From contig JALJEE010000101.1 of NCBI GenBank assembly GCA_023231475.1, positions 1-54,476 on the forward strand: DNA of 54,476 nt, given 5' to 3'. Positions within the stretch are counted from its first letter, which is position 1, and the number at the start of each line of letters is the position of its first letter. A program made the translations under genes and the position numbers. Origin of the DNA: Seison nebaliae (taxonomy: Eukaryota). A model generated the notes under the pieces. The model saw nothing but the letters and a program-made list of their open reading frames with translations, was not told the origin of the DNA and did not search any database. This document shows, piece by piece, positions 13,199-25,759 of the stretch.

Positions 13199-13490
13199 GA
13201 TTGTCGATAATCGAATTTGCCAATAAAATATTTCTATTTCAATCGTTTTTATTAAATTAAAAGAAATTGAATATTTAAATTTATTTCTTCGTTACGTTTA
13301 TTCACAATTAACTTAACAATTCGGGTGTTTCGAAGATAAAATAATTTATTTAAGGAAAATTTAAAATTTTTATCGAAGTAATTATTTTGGAAAACTAATG
13401 AAGGAAAATTGGTGGAATTTCTAAGAAAATAATTTGAGGTAGTTTCTCGTAAGAAAAAAGAAAAATCATTAAAATTTTTGAAAATTATAT

Positions 13491-16400
13491 TTAGGCTGCA
13501 GTTATGGTCATTTGGAAACCTCGTCCACTGTTTGTCCAATCGGAACGGAAGATCACTGTTGTATAATGTGCACGAGATACATAATTGTAATTACGATTGT
13601 CCTTTCCACAAAATCTTTAAGAAAGGGATGAAATTAAAGAATAAGTTGTTAATATAATACAATTTGAGAGATATATAAGAAATGAAAACCGAATTCCTCG
13701 TTGTCCTAAGTAGTTGAATCGAAGTTCGATCGAATCATAACAAATATTGTTCGATCCATTTTCAATATCGATATTATTAATTGTCAATTTTAGTTGTCGA
13801 TCATTGTCAGTCTAAATCGATTAAAATATATAAATTGTTAGAATAACAAAATGAAAAGAGGAACATATAAAAGCCAAGTGCAAAGAATATCATCACCGTA
13901 TTTGTGGGGATATCCAGGTGATTGAATAGTTTTTCTTTGTCCTGGTTGTAAATAAAACTTTCCTCCACATGCTTAAAATCCGATAAATGAATTAAGGAAT
14001 TTCAAGAAAATTAAACATTCTGTTTGTCTTTTTACAATATCATGTAATTCGTCCACATCTGACATAGAACTTTTCGTTGAATTACTTTCTTCAATGAAAT
14101 TTTCTTCAATTATTTCTGAATTATCTTCGACAGTTATCGTCTTCAAATCTGTTGTGTTCGATAATGATTCTGGTAATAGAGACTCAGCTAGAAATTATAT
14201 TATAAATTTCATTAGATATGAATGATGGATGTATAATATTAAGAACCTTCTTCATCGATTACATTATCAATTTCTATATCTTCCAGTTTTTGTTCAGTTG
14301 CTAATTGATCCGATTCGGATTGATTATCATAACTTGGATAATTACACTCAGTTATCGGATGGAAACTTATATCGTCGAGTGCAACGTCATTCTTATTTCG
14401 ATATTTTTTTTCATATTGGAAAACTAAAGAATATGAGCCAACAGGTAATGGAATTCGGACACCTTTCCATTCTGTTCCTTGGTTGCCAGATCGTGACCAT
14501 AATTTATTGTTTTTATTAAAAGAAAAATATTGAAGAAGTGAGATAACACCTCCATTGATACCATGCATATGATAAAAGAAGACCAAGCATCTACCAGGAT
14601 TATTGATTTGCATATATGGCGTCTCTAATTGGGCCAATTTACCTCTGAATCGACTATCTACATACACATACTTACCATAACCAGTAGTATGATCATATGT
14701 CGGTCCGGTATTAGCGTTTCGGGTAGAACCAGAGTGGATGTAATATTTTAAAGTTGTATGTGGATTGTTAGAGAATAAACAACGTTCTATCTTACGATCT
14801 ATGTCCCATGAACATTTGGCTAATTCTCTCGTTGATGGTCGATAATTTGTACTTATTGAATATTTATCAACTTGATTGCATTTATTTGCACTACATCGTT
14901 TCTCTTCATATGAGTGTCCCTGACATGGCCCCTTCAAACATGTTCTCCTTCGTTCTTTCAAATTAGTCTTACAATCACATTCAGACCATCCTGACCATTT
15001 TGCCCATATATTTTGTTCAACTTTTTCCGGTTGACAGGAATTGGGTAGACAGATTGCTAATTCGGCACTTCTACCAAAACATGATCTTCCATTAACAGAT
15101 GGTGGAGGAGAATTACATTGTCGCAATCTATGTCGAACATTCTTGTTACAATCACAAGCACTCCACTCTCCCCATTTACTCCATTTACCATCTACAGGCT
15201 TTTGGGTTTGTGGATAAATTGGACGTGCCGTAGTGACCACTTTTGATGGTCCTGTTTCACATAACATTACTTAATATGAAATAATTTAGAAAATTAACCA
15301 TTTTCATTACAGGAACTACCATAACTAATTGTAATATCATCGATCGCTATAGCAGATGAATGGTCGTTTACTTGACCTGTAATACGAACACGGAATATTT
15401 GTGTCTTCGGCCGAATGTGTATCTGAACTCTCGTCCATTGTTGTTTGGATGATGGTGCTTGCCATAATTGTCGTAAACTCTCTCCTTCTTTCACATCGAC
15501 TTTCAAGGAAAATGAATATCCTATTGTTTGGTAATAGAAGATCATACACCATTCAGAATTATATGATGTTTGAATTTTACGTGAGAGTAACATTGCATTT
15601 GCTCGAGCACCGTTGTCATATAAAAATAGAAAATAAGTATCTGAAATCGAATTAATTTCATCATTAAATAAATATGCAAATAACTTTGATAATTTCCACG
15701 TGAAGTAATACTCGTTTGAGATGTTTTTCCTAAATAATTTAATATTTTTTAATTTTAAAATATTATTTAAATTCTCCACCATTAACTCGTTTCCAGTTTG
15801 TGGTATCACGAAATGTGTCTTGGATCCAATTACAAATATCGTTTTGGAAGGTACAATGATGATATTGAGCTGATGATATTTCTTCATCTATTCATATCGA
15901 TAATAATAAAATTGAATCAATTCATCATTTTAAAACTAACTAATAATTTGAAGATTATTACATGTGTCACCCGTAAAACCCTCGGGACACACACATTTAC
16001 ATGATGAGTCAAGAAACGCTCCAAATTCACAAGTTTTATATCCACAATTCGAAGCACAGCCATATCCTTCACTAATCGTTTTTCTATCATAATAAGAGAG
16101 TCCATATCTCTGTCCCATTAAGAAAGCAAGAGTTGATATTTTCGATGATATCGTTCTTCCACCATTATAAGAGAATGCCTAATCAGATGAGAATTAACTA
16201 TATTTAATAGTAATCATTAATAACATATGGACCATAATGCATGACTGAATTAAGATCATACGCTGTTTTCGTTTCGACACGAGCAGGATAATATTTGTTG
16301 AAATTATATTGCATATCGCCTTGAATGTTGTTGAAATTAATCGAGACATGCTCATCACGGTCAGGTCTTGATTGGACATGAACCAATCCAATAATATGTC

Positions 16401-17334
16401 CAATTTCATGCACGACACTGCCAAACTGAAAAATATTATATGACTCTTTAAGAAAAGATCTCTGTCATTAAACTAACCGAACATTGCGGTCCAATATAAA
16501 TATCATGAACATAAGGAATTTGATGAACACCAGCACGATACAAATAACCAACAGCTGCTGCACATCGACTTAAAAAAAATTATTAGGAATTGAGAAAAAG
16601 AATGAAAAATTTTCCAACGAATAATCTTGATTAAATCTCATTAATCCTTTTATCGTGTGATCGTGTTGAGCGGAATTATATGGAACTAATTTCAGACAAG
16701 TCAATGTGTTCCATTCGTGAATTGAAGCTGAGATACGTTGCAACATTGAACTAGCTAAAGGGAATTATGAGAAGGATATCGAAAATGAAAAACTAACAAA
16801 ATCCATCACTGATGTAATATGGAACGGTATTTCTTGGCCATCTACTTGGATTAGAACCGGAGGATGTGTATAAATTTCTCTTCTTACGAAGAAGAATGTT
16901 TCCATTATCGATTGGATGAGAATTATTCTCCGATGAATTATTCTCGCTAATTTAGTTATTTCAAATAATATTATTTCAATTTAAATTAGTTGAATAACAT
17001 TAATGTATTGAGGACATTGATCTCTTTGGGGAACAACATGTCACCTCCCAACAAATCATAACGTTCGTCCAATGTCGAGTTCAATTTATTGTTGATTTCA
17101 GCATCATTCCGATTTACATTATCCTAAAATTTAAGATTTGTTATCACAACTTTTCTCAACATATTTTCCAACTACTGTGGGTGAATCGATAATTCCTTCA
17201 TGTAGTACCTTCATGGAATTTAGTATGACCGTCTTCCATTGCTCATCAGACGATTGTGAGAGAATTTCTTTCGAAAAGATTTGCAAGAGAAATATGAGAA
17301 TATAACTCTTCATAACTTTTAATGAAATCATCAT
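13491..17334 (-). CDS. Secreted astacin metalloprotease: signal-pro-astacin-EGF-MAM-TSP1-TSP1-MAM-acidic linker-CUB, 15 exons
   Basis: RKKR propeptide site, HEIGHIIGLVHVQSRPDRD, Met-turn SVMHYG, CKCVCPEGFTGDTC. MAM domains (CTFQNDICNW…IAIDDI; TGPTYDHTTGYGKYVY…VALDDI), WSKWGEWSAC and WAKWSGWSEC TSP1 repeats, CUB (CGG…SPGYP…FCG…FRSD…GRGF). Phases are consistent across 14 introns. Confidence 0.92.
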
Positions 17335-17699
17335 ATGTCAATGGATATTCGCTTTCATTAAATATGCAACTTTCCTCCAAAGCATAGTTGATAGCCTTCG
17401 ATATCGTCTCATCACCTTCACTTTATAAGACGAAGGTTATGCGATAAACTAACAAGACTATAATTGGGAATTACATATCCAATAGTGCTCATTTATTAAT
17501 TAGGAAGAAATATCTTATATCCTCATCAATACCACAATGAACATAATAAATATTTTACTTAATATAACAAAATCGGCATTAACTTTATGTCTAAAATCAT
17601 TTATCGATCTTTCAAATTTCAAATTTTAACGAACTCTCTATTGTTAGTCAGATGATTAGATGAGCAATGGTTTGCGAACATACATCATAAACTAAACAT

Positions 17700-19130
17700 A
17701 AATACATCCCAATCTAAACCTCAAAGATTTCTTTATTTGATCTAATATTCTCACATCATCTCCAAGTATTTAGATTTTTTAATTCTTCATCAGTCGACAG
17801 ACCGGGAGAGTATTAGTAATACATGAGCTTTCTTGTCTGCCGAAATTTTTGCTTCAATTTCTTTATAAGTTTCATCGATCGTTTGACTGACTATACCTAA
17901 AAGAGTTCAATTTTGAGATCTACAAGCGGAAAGTTATTGAACATTTTTGTAATTTCATTCGAGCTCTTTGTGTCATAATTGCGAGGAAAGCAATCAGACA
18001 AATCAGCAACACCAATATACCAAATTGCAGGAATAATATCGTCTTTGTTGGAGTAGGAAATATTTTCATTTTGAACTCGACAATGATTAAAATTAAAAAA
18101 CTGAAAATGGTTAAGCACTTGCAATTTTTAATTTAAATAAGATTTGTTTATGAGTTAGAGAAAAGAAATTGAACCGAATTTCCACTCAAAAAAATTTCAT
18201 TAACATGAATCATGTTTAAACATAGATAATACAACGACCAACCATCTAAAAATATCTTAAATAGTTGCAATATATTAATGAACGAAGAACATCACAATCT
18301 TTTACTCACTAAATCGAATTTTCTCTAACTTTTTGTGCTTCACTAATTCTTCACCAGTATTATCACTTAAGGTGATTGTATTATAATATAATCCAGTTTT
18401 TAACATTAGTTAATTCCACTTATTAAAATTTGATCGAGGAAATTTGGAAGAAGGAATTTTATGCCAAATATTAAATAAGTTAAAAGTTGCCCATCATAAT
18501 ATTTAATAAAAAATAATGATTTCTATAAATCCATTAGTATAATTAAAGTATATGGAAGTTTATTCCATTAGAATTTACGCTCCTACAGATCTTTTCAACT
18601 TTCGATTTCGAACTTCATATTGCTAATTGATTTTTACCAAGACGACTGTTAATCTTGGCTATATTAGATCCAAATTATGCTCCAATGTAAAACTAGAATG
18701 TAAAATGTTCGTTACTGCAATTTAAAAATAAAATTTAAGTATACTTATATGTTTCAATGTTTCAACTTCATAACAGTCATCTATCAATAAGTAGTTTAAT
18801 GATATCGTATTAGGTTGATAATAGAATATGATATTTTCATGAAATTAGTCGTCATAATAAAAAAATTTCGATTCTCTTTGAACAAGAAAAACATAACCTC
18901 AATATTTTTTTCAGAAGATTATTCACCATATTTGAAAACGTTAAACGTTTGAATGACCAAACGTTGAAATTTTTGTCTTTCTCAAAGCTGATGAGATTTG
19001 AATTTGAACGAAACGTTGTCATGATTTTATATGTAAATGAGAATAGCATCAATTTGAGTCATGTTAATATACTAACCAACGTAAAAACGACATAATCAAT
19101 AAATTATCCTGGAAGATGATAATATTCTGT
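17700..19130 (-). pseudogene. Probable decayed multi-exon gene of unknown family
   Basis: Coding-like minus-strand fragments (17897-18124, 18852-19052, GIVSQTIDETYKEIEAKISADKK) with GTT donor-like sites. They are interrupted by stops, a frameshift and missing acceptors. Confidence 0.3.
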
Positions 19131-19505
19131 GATACGATAAGGAATTTACGATATCTTTCTGTCTGATAGTTAAATTTTCGTTTCTCTAAAAATACAGTTT
19201 TGCAAAGTAAACAAATTAATGTCCGCCGCAATTAGTGGAAAGAATTCTTTTTTTATCACAATAGATTTTCTTCAATAGAACTCTGTTGATAAAAAAACGA
19301 ATGTTTGATTAGTTCTTTTTATGAAATGAAAAGAAAGTTTAATCGAATTAGAACATTTTCGATAGTCAATTGTTCTCAGGTAAACATTGTTCATACTCTA
19401 ACGGATGCTGCCGAGTTCAGAATTTCTTCTACACTAGTACCTGTCTTCTTACATCATCAAAACAACGATTTTTGAAATATAATCGAATTCTAATGTTGAA
19501 AATAA

Positions 19506-22500
19506 ATGAATAATAATAATAATAATAATAATAACACAATTAAAAATGACGTCGAAAGTTCAGAAGAAGAAGACGATACGCATTATATGAAACCATTCAT
19601 TCGATGGAACGATATGAAGTATTCAACGGTCAAGTTTGATCCCAATCAAAAAGATAGTTCTAGCATTTATCAAACATTCAAAATAATATTATTTCTTTCA
19701 ATCTTACTCATCACTGTATCTATTTACGTATCCGTCTTAATCTACACTGGAAAGAAAGACAACAATTTTAAACGATACAACGAAAATTTTCATTGGAATC
19801 TCTCAAGAGAATTGGAGGAGAATCAAACTACTTTCTCTCAATATTTACATCAATTCGTCCTTCCTAATTTAACGATAGATGTTTGTAGTAATTCGAAAAA
19901 TTACTTTTGTGGTTCCTACAATAATAAAGGCATAACAATGAATGGAAGGAAGAAAGAGATTTTAAATAGAATAAAAAAAAATTTAAAAGAATTCCCACCG
20001 TTTAACCAGAAAAATAAATCACATGAAACTCTTTTCAACTTCTCAATGATCAGTCGATATTATCATCAATGTCTTCAATCTAAACGTCAATCGATTAACA
20101 CCAAGTATTATGTAAGAAATATAACATATTCAATAATATATAAACTAATAGAGGTAGAGATATTTAAAGACTATGTCAATACAACGCCAATTAAATCAAC
20201 GAAGGATATGTTTAAAAGTTTGGACTACTCTACTTATGGTAGTATCTTAGGAGAAATGTCTCGTAATCAAAGCAACTTATTTTATCGAATTATTCCTAAA
20301 AGCTCATTAGAATCAGTTGCGTCGAAAGACAATGAAACTATTCAAATTATGAATTCTTTAGATTTCTGTTCATTTCTTTCTTCATTTGAAAGGTCAAACA
20401 TATCGAGAATGTTCCATCTCAAAAAATATTTTGTTCAAATTCAAACTGATATTCTACCCATCATTCATCACGTTCTTCACAAGATCATTGAAGAAAATGA
20501 AAATGTTAAACTTCAACAACATTACAAAGGTTCGATAACAAAAATTTTTAAATATTTTGAAGAAATTCAAAAAAGTATCGGCGAAATAATTGAGAAAATT
20601 GAACCGATTAAAAAAAATAAATTGAAAGATCATAAAACATTTGTTAATTTTTCACTAAAATTATTATTTGGTGATCTGGTTGATAATTGTTTGATACATA
20701 TGAATGAGAAGAATACTTTGAATTATTCTCCCAATTTTTCCATTTTTACTGATATGCCATTCGTTCTAATGAATTCCTTCGATGTCTATATGACCAATTC
20801 TTCAACAGACTCATTCTTATTCTTCCTCAAGCAATCTCAGACAAATTTTGCACATAAATTCTTATTATCATATATCGTCGGTTATTTCAATGATGCTCTT
20901 TACGAAACTGACGGTAATAAGATTCGGGATGCATTAAAAATAAATTCTTCTATTACATATCGATTACCGTCACCAATCAATTATTATGTGGGAGTATTGA
21001 ACGCACCAAAATTCAATTCTTCATATATCATGAAAGTATCATATCCGTTGAGATTGATCCATCATGAATTTGAAAATAAATCGAATTCTTTTAATCTCAT
21101 CAAACGAATCTTTCAAGTTCTTATAATTCATTTGGGAAATGTGTTGGCGAATTCAATAGTCAATTCAAACGAATATCGATATAACGATACTATAATCGAA
21201 AAGAAATTAAACGGAACAAATTATCAAATCGATTTACATCTTCATGAACCATTCACAATTTTACCATTATATGTGACATCATGTGGTCAACCTTGTAATG
21301 AAATGAACAATCCTTTTCTCCCACACCAAGGCGATTCGGTGGAAGATATTTGTCTTCATAAGATTACACATCCATTTTCATTTTTATCCAAATTACTTTT
21401 AATTAACCATTCCTGGAAACCGATCACAGAAAAACGCGCAAATATTTTAAGTTCAACAAAAATATTTTCACTTTACTTCCTCCAACAATATCGAACAATT
21501 CTTCAGAAATTTTTAGTATACTTTCAAAAATATTTCGAGAAATTAAAATCCGATTCGCAATGTGCATATCGATTAAAATGTTTGATACGAATTCGACTTT
21601 CTTTGATTTTCAACAAAATTCACAATATCGTTCTCGTTCGATTTAACATATTTCCCATTCTCAATTATGTCCCCATGAGAAATTTTGATAATTATCAACT
21701 TCTCCAAATATTGGAATGGTTTACTAAAACCGTTATCAATTTGAAATGTCCGAATAGTAAAAATAATTTAACTATGTCGTCTGGAAACATTACGACGGAG
21801 AATGAACTATCAAAAAACAGTAAACAAAATTGTGATAAAGTTTATGAAGAAATTCGAAAAAACATTTTAAAATTGATTGAAATTATTGATAAAAATGAAA
21901 AATTATCAGAAATTAATTTTTCTGAAAAAAATATAAAACAATTTTGTAACAAGAATAAGAAGGACGACTATATTCATAATGGTCAATTATGCAATGAATG
22001 TTACTTCCATATGAATCTTACATTAAAACCTTTGGAATTCATTGAAAATATTATGAATCGAATGTTCTATTCGATCAGAAATATTGATGATTCATCATTT
22101 ATTCAAGATCATATTGATATGGCGAGGAAAAATATTATTAATCAATTAGATTATCGAATTCAATATCGTTATTATAAATTAAAAAATTCCATTGATATTC
22201 ATTCGAATCTAATGCAAATTTATCAAGTGAAATATGTTGAAAGTATTTCTAATTATGCCATTGCTGGTCAGTATTATGATATGGATGCGATGTACAATTA
22301 TCGAACTAATTCGTTTTATATTCAACCAGAAATTCTTATTACAACATCCGCCACACCAAATGATCATTTCGATAAATTATCTTATAATGCTCGTGAAGAT
22401 TTTGAAGATTTCTTTGTGAAATGGAAGACACGTATAAAGAGAATAGAAATAACATCTCGAAAAGGAAATATTTCGCTCATCGAAAAATCTCTCCGTCAAT

Positions 22501-23153
22501 TTCGACCACTTCTATTGGAAATGGCTAAATTGAATACTCCACTTCAAATTTTATCACATGAATATATGCATCTTTTGCAATCACAATTATCTTCCACATT
22601 TCCCAATACCATTTGTCATTTTGATCATGTTCAATTCTCTCAAAAATCAATTTTGAGACAAATCATTAGAAAAGTTAAAATGAGAAATAACCACGACAAA
22701 TATAGGACTTACCTCCAACAATCGGTTGAGGAGACATTGGCTGATACGTGCAGTGTACAACTGATTTATAATATTTTCTGGAAGCAAATCATCGACATAG
22801 GGAAAGATTTGATGAACATCTCAAAACATTTCCAAAACTTTTACGAATTTCTTATAAAAACTTTTCTCTTTTCACTTTTTTCAACTCGATGCTGGCATGA
22901 ATCACAATTTGATTATTTCGGATACGACATCATCCACGAATCATCGATGGATCGAGTTCAAACTCTGTTTGACTATAGTAATGATGAATGGAAATCAATA
23001 TTTGGCTGTTCTCCAAACACAACCAATTCGGTTTATCACATTTCCAAGAATATATCCAACAAACCAATTTCCATATTCTTTGCTCAATTTTTTAACAAAT
23101 CCTCAGAAAGCGTTAATATGGATTCATGTATATTAAGTGGAATCGATTTCTAG
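19506..23153 (+). CDS. Divergent neprilysin-like (M13) type II membrane metallopeptidase
   Basis: N-terminal TM anchor, VCSNSKNYFCG, DAMYNYRTNSFYIQPEIL (NAFY region), HEYMH zinc motif, EETLAD (ENIAD-like), HESSMDRV…IFGC. Confidence 0.82.
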   Translation: MNNNNNNNNNTIKNDVESSEEEDDTHYMKPFIRWNDMKYSTVKFDPNQKDSSSIYQTFKIILFLSILLITVSIYVSVLIYTGKKDNNFKRYNENFHWNLSRELEENQTTFSQYLHQFVLPNLTIDVCSNSKNYFCGSYNNKGITMNGRKKEILNRIKKNLKEFPPFNQKNKSHETLFNFSMISRYYHQCLQSKRQSINTKYYVRNITYSIIYKLIEVEIFKDYVNTTPIKSTKDMFKSLDYSTYGSILGEMSRNQSNLFYRIIPKSSLESVASKDNETIQIMNSLDFCSFLSSFERSNISRMFHLKKYFVQIQTDILPIIHHVLHKIIEENENVKLQQHYKGSITKIFKYFEEIQKSIGEIIEKIEPIKKNKLKDHKTFVNFSLKLLFGDLVDNCLIHMNEKNTLNYSPNFSIFTDMPFVLMNSFDVYMTNSSTDSFLFFLKQSQTNFAHKFLLSYIVGYFNDALYETDGNKIRDALKINSSITYRLPSPINYYVGVLNAPKFNSSYIMKVSYPLRLIHHEFENKSNSFNLIKRIFQVLIIHLGNVLANSIVNSNEYRYNDTIIEKKLNGTNYQIDLHLHEPFTILPLYVTSCGQPCNEMNNPFLPHQGDSVEDICLHKITHPFSFLSKLLLINHSWKPITEKRANILSSTKIFSLYFLQQYRTILQKFLVYFQKYFEKLKSDSQCAYRLKCLIRIRLSLIFNKIHNIVLVRFNIFPILNYVPMRNFDNYQLLQILEWFTKTVINLKCPNSKNNLTMSSGNITTENELSKNSKQNCDKVYEEIRKNILKLIEIIDKNEKLSEINFSEKNIKQFCNKNKKDDYIHNGQLCNECYFHMNLTLKPLEFIENIMNRMFYSIRNIDDSSFIQDHIDMARKNIINQLDYRIQYRYYKLKNSIDIHSNLMQIYQVKYVESISNYAIAGQYYDMDAMYNYRTNSFYIQPEILITTSATPNDHFDKLSYNAREDFEDFFVKWKTRIKRIEITSRKGNISLIEKSLRQFRPLLLEMAKLNTPLQILSHEYMHLLQSQLSSTFPNTICHFDHVQFSQKSILRQIIRKVKMRNNHDKYRTYLQQSVEETLADTCSVQLIYNIFWKQIIDIGKDLMNISKHFQNFYEFLIKTFLFSLFSTRCWHESQFDYFGYDIIHESSMDRVQTLFDYSNDEWKSIFGCSPNTTNSVYHISKNISNKPISIFFAQFFNKSSESVNMDSCILSGIDF

Positions 23154-23472
23154 ATTTCCATTTATGTAATTCGAATTGAAATATCAGAATTAAAAAAAAC
23201 TTCTTTCTAATTACCATTTTCGTTCTAATTCATTCTAATAAATTCTTATTTAATTTTAAATGTTATGAAGAATAATTTTTTTTATAATATTTATAATTTA
23301 TTATTGAAAATAAATCTGAAAATAATTTTAAAATATTGAGTTCCATTGACGAATCAATAAGATGATGTAACTTACAATGTAACAGATGATGTTAGAGAGA
23401 CATTGAGATATCAAGTGAAAAAACCATCCACAATCGACTAACGGTTTTATTAAAAAAGATTCAGAAGTAATT

Positions 23473-24939
23473 TTATTCTTTGATAACATTATTTTGGTAT
23501 CTATGATGATCGGTGGAATAATCGAAAGAACGTAAAGTTTTTGATAATTCTATAGATTTTTCTTTCAATTCTTCAAATTTTTCATCATTCGATTTATTAA
23601 ATTTAATGTTATCCAACGGCTTCCCGCCATCGTACCCAAATCCAAACATTTGTTTTTTGAATGATTTTTTCAGAAAAATTTCCTGTTCTTCATTCTTAAA
23701 TATATATTTTTCATCTTTGAAATCAATGTTATTCCATGCCTCTTTAACTGCTTCTTCCAATTCACATCGATTCAATTCAATCTTTTCCATTTTACTCTCA
23801 TGGAATAATTCATCATCAAATGAAAATATGTGAAGAATCTTCTTGAAAAGAGGATTCGACTCCCCCAAAACTTGAGATATGATATGAAAAATATTATAAA
23901 TGATATTTTTCTCAATATAATTGTCGAGAATCATTTCATTTTTGAGAAAAAATTCTTCCAACTTTTTCCAACGATTATCTATGGCTATTGAAGCATCAAA
24001 ATATTTCAATTGATGAGATAATCTATTTAAATTATCTTTATCACTCATTTCATACATTTCTTCTAAAACATGATTTCCTTCATATTGTCGTATCATTCGA
24101 AATAGATCAAGTAACGTAATAAAAGATAATGTGGAGAAAATGAGAGTAGATGAAGAGAATGAAAGTATCGTACGACAAATCTTCTTTAAGCGGAAAATGA
24201 GAAAACTATACATTAATGTAAAGAATATGAGCATTACAGCATCAATGAATATATCACGATGATATCCTTTCCAATAAGATTCCGTTAAAATTGTTTCCAT
24301 TTCTTCATTTGTCATAATTAGTAATTTTAATAATTCATCTTTCATATCTTCAGATATAACTGATTTGGTATTAATATCTTCCTCATGATAAAACTCTTTT
24401 AAAATTCTTCTCATTTTTTCATTGTGCGATTCATTCTGAGAAATTTGTTGAAGTAAATTCTTTATATAGATCCTTTCCCATGGACGTTTTGGATTTGTGA
24501 TATACACATCTGAATGTGAATTGAAAATACTTTTCTGTACATCTTTCTCAATTAAATGATTATTATTCATTTTTATCATTTCACCCCAATCGATAGGAAG
24601 ACCGAGTGAAAATCCACTTCGTGTAAACATTGCTCCTCTTGATGATGGTTTCAATAGTTCTCTTGTAGAGTACATAGTTCTTATTGAACCAATTCCTTCT
24701 TTCAATCGATTCCATTTCCGAATAATCGTTTGGGAGAATTCATATGCTTCCTTATTCATAACTTGTCCTGTAGCTGTAGAGACAGGATCAATATTTTTTA
24801 CAACATCTTGCCACAAATGTCTTTGTGGAGAGAACATATATTCCACTGAAAAATAACTTCCGACGAAAGCAGCAGCAGCAGCTGAAGAAATGACTGATAT
24901 ATTTCCACCTAACTTCTCATCAAAAAACCTCCTCGCCAT
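23473..24939 (-). CDS. Membrane protein, possibly TMEM177-like
   Basis: 488-aa ORF with 2-3 hydrophobic segments. PSSRGAMFTRSGFSLGLP and ELLKLLIMTNEE resemble TMEM177 segments as recalled; unverified. Confidence 0.45.
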   Translation of the reverse strand: MARRFFDEKLGGNISVISSAAAAAFVGSYFSVEYMFSPQRHLWQDVVKNIDPVSTATGQVMNKEAYEFSQTIIRKWNRLKEGIGSIRTMYSTRELLKPSSRGAMFTRSGFSLGLPIDWGEMIKMNNNHLIEKDVQKSIFNSHSDVYITNPKRPWERIYIKNLLQQISQNESHNEKMRRILKEFYHEEDINTKSVISEDMKDELLKLLIMTNEEMETILTESYWKGYHRDIFIDAVMLIFFTLMYSFLIFRLKKICRTILSFSSSTLIFSTLSFITLLDLFRMIRQYEGNHVLEEMYEMSDKDNLNRLSHQLKYFDASIAIDNRWKKLEEFFLKNEMILDNYIEKNIIYNIFHIISQVLGESNPLFKKILHIFSFDDELFHESKMEKIELNRCELEEAVKEAWNNIDFKDEKYIFKNEEQEIFLKKSFKKQMFGFGYDGGKPLDNIKFNKSNDEKFEELKEKSIELSKTLRSFDYSTDHHRYQNNVIKE

Positions 24940-25055
24940 ATTCTTTCCTCTTCTAAATTATTTTTTATTAAAGAGCTCTCGAATCAAAAGTGAGAAATTT
25001 ATTTAAAAAAGAAGGTGAAAATTGTCTTCATAAATAGATTGAGTGGTTCATAATT

Positions 25056-25364
25056 TTATCTCGTTTTCCTTGCTTCATACAAATCGGCTTCTTCAGGAAA
25101 CTCAGTAAACACTGTCGAATGGAATTCATTAACTATCATTGAATAAAACTGAAAGAAACTTTTTTCAAAACTTTTCATTTTACTAATTATCAGAATACTT
25201 GGTACGATCATTGTGAAAATGATGAGGAAAAACATGATCGAATAATTCGTTCTGAAATCATCTTCCAATTCTTCTTCCTTGAAGATACTACGACTTAGAA
25301 CGGAATTGAAGAACGAACAGTTTAACAGAAATAATGATGTGATGAAAGAAAAAATATTGTACAT
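25056..25364 (-). CDS. Small signal-peptide plus single-TM orphan protein
   Basis: 102 aa; hydrophobic N-terminus, acidic linker, TM segment IMFFLIIFTMIVPSILII. Confidence 0.55.
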   Translation of the reverse strand: MYNIFSFITSLFLLNCSFFNSVLSRSIFKEEELEDDFRTNYSIMFFLIIFTMIVPSILIISKMKSFEKSFFQFYSMIVNEFHSTVFTEFPEEADLYEARKTR

Positions 25365-25759
25365 TTTCCAAATGAAAAGTTAAAATCAAATTGAGATGAA
25401 TTGAAAGAATAACCAAAATTTTCATAAGTTTTATTCATCTACTTTAGTTATTAAATACGAAAAATATTTTTTTCCGTCACCTTTCAAATTTCCTTTAGAA
25501 GGTTTGCAAAGAAAATTGTAAGAAATTGGTTTTAATATTAAACAAAATGATAAAATTATGAATCTTTTCCGACAATACGATATTCGATAGGATAATAAAA
25601 TTAAATAATACTGATAAAATAATTCGATGGATTGATATTGAATAATGATGGAACAAATAATTGAAGACATATTAAATATTTTATGAGATAAATAATGAAA
25701 TATAAAAAAATATTAATAATTACTTATCGAGCATTCATTATTATTGATTTTATCAAAAA

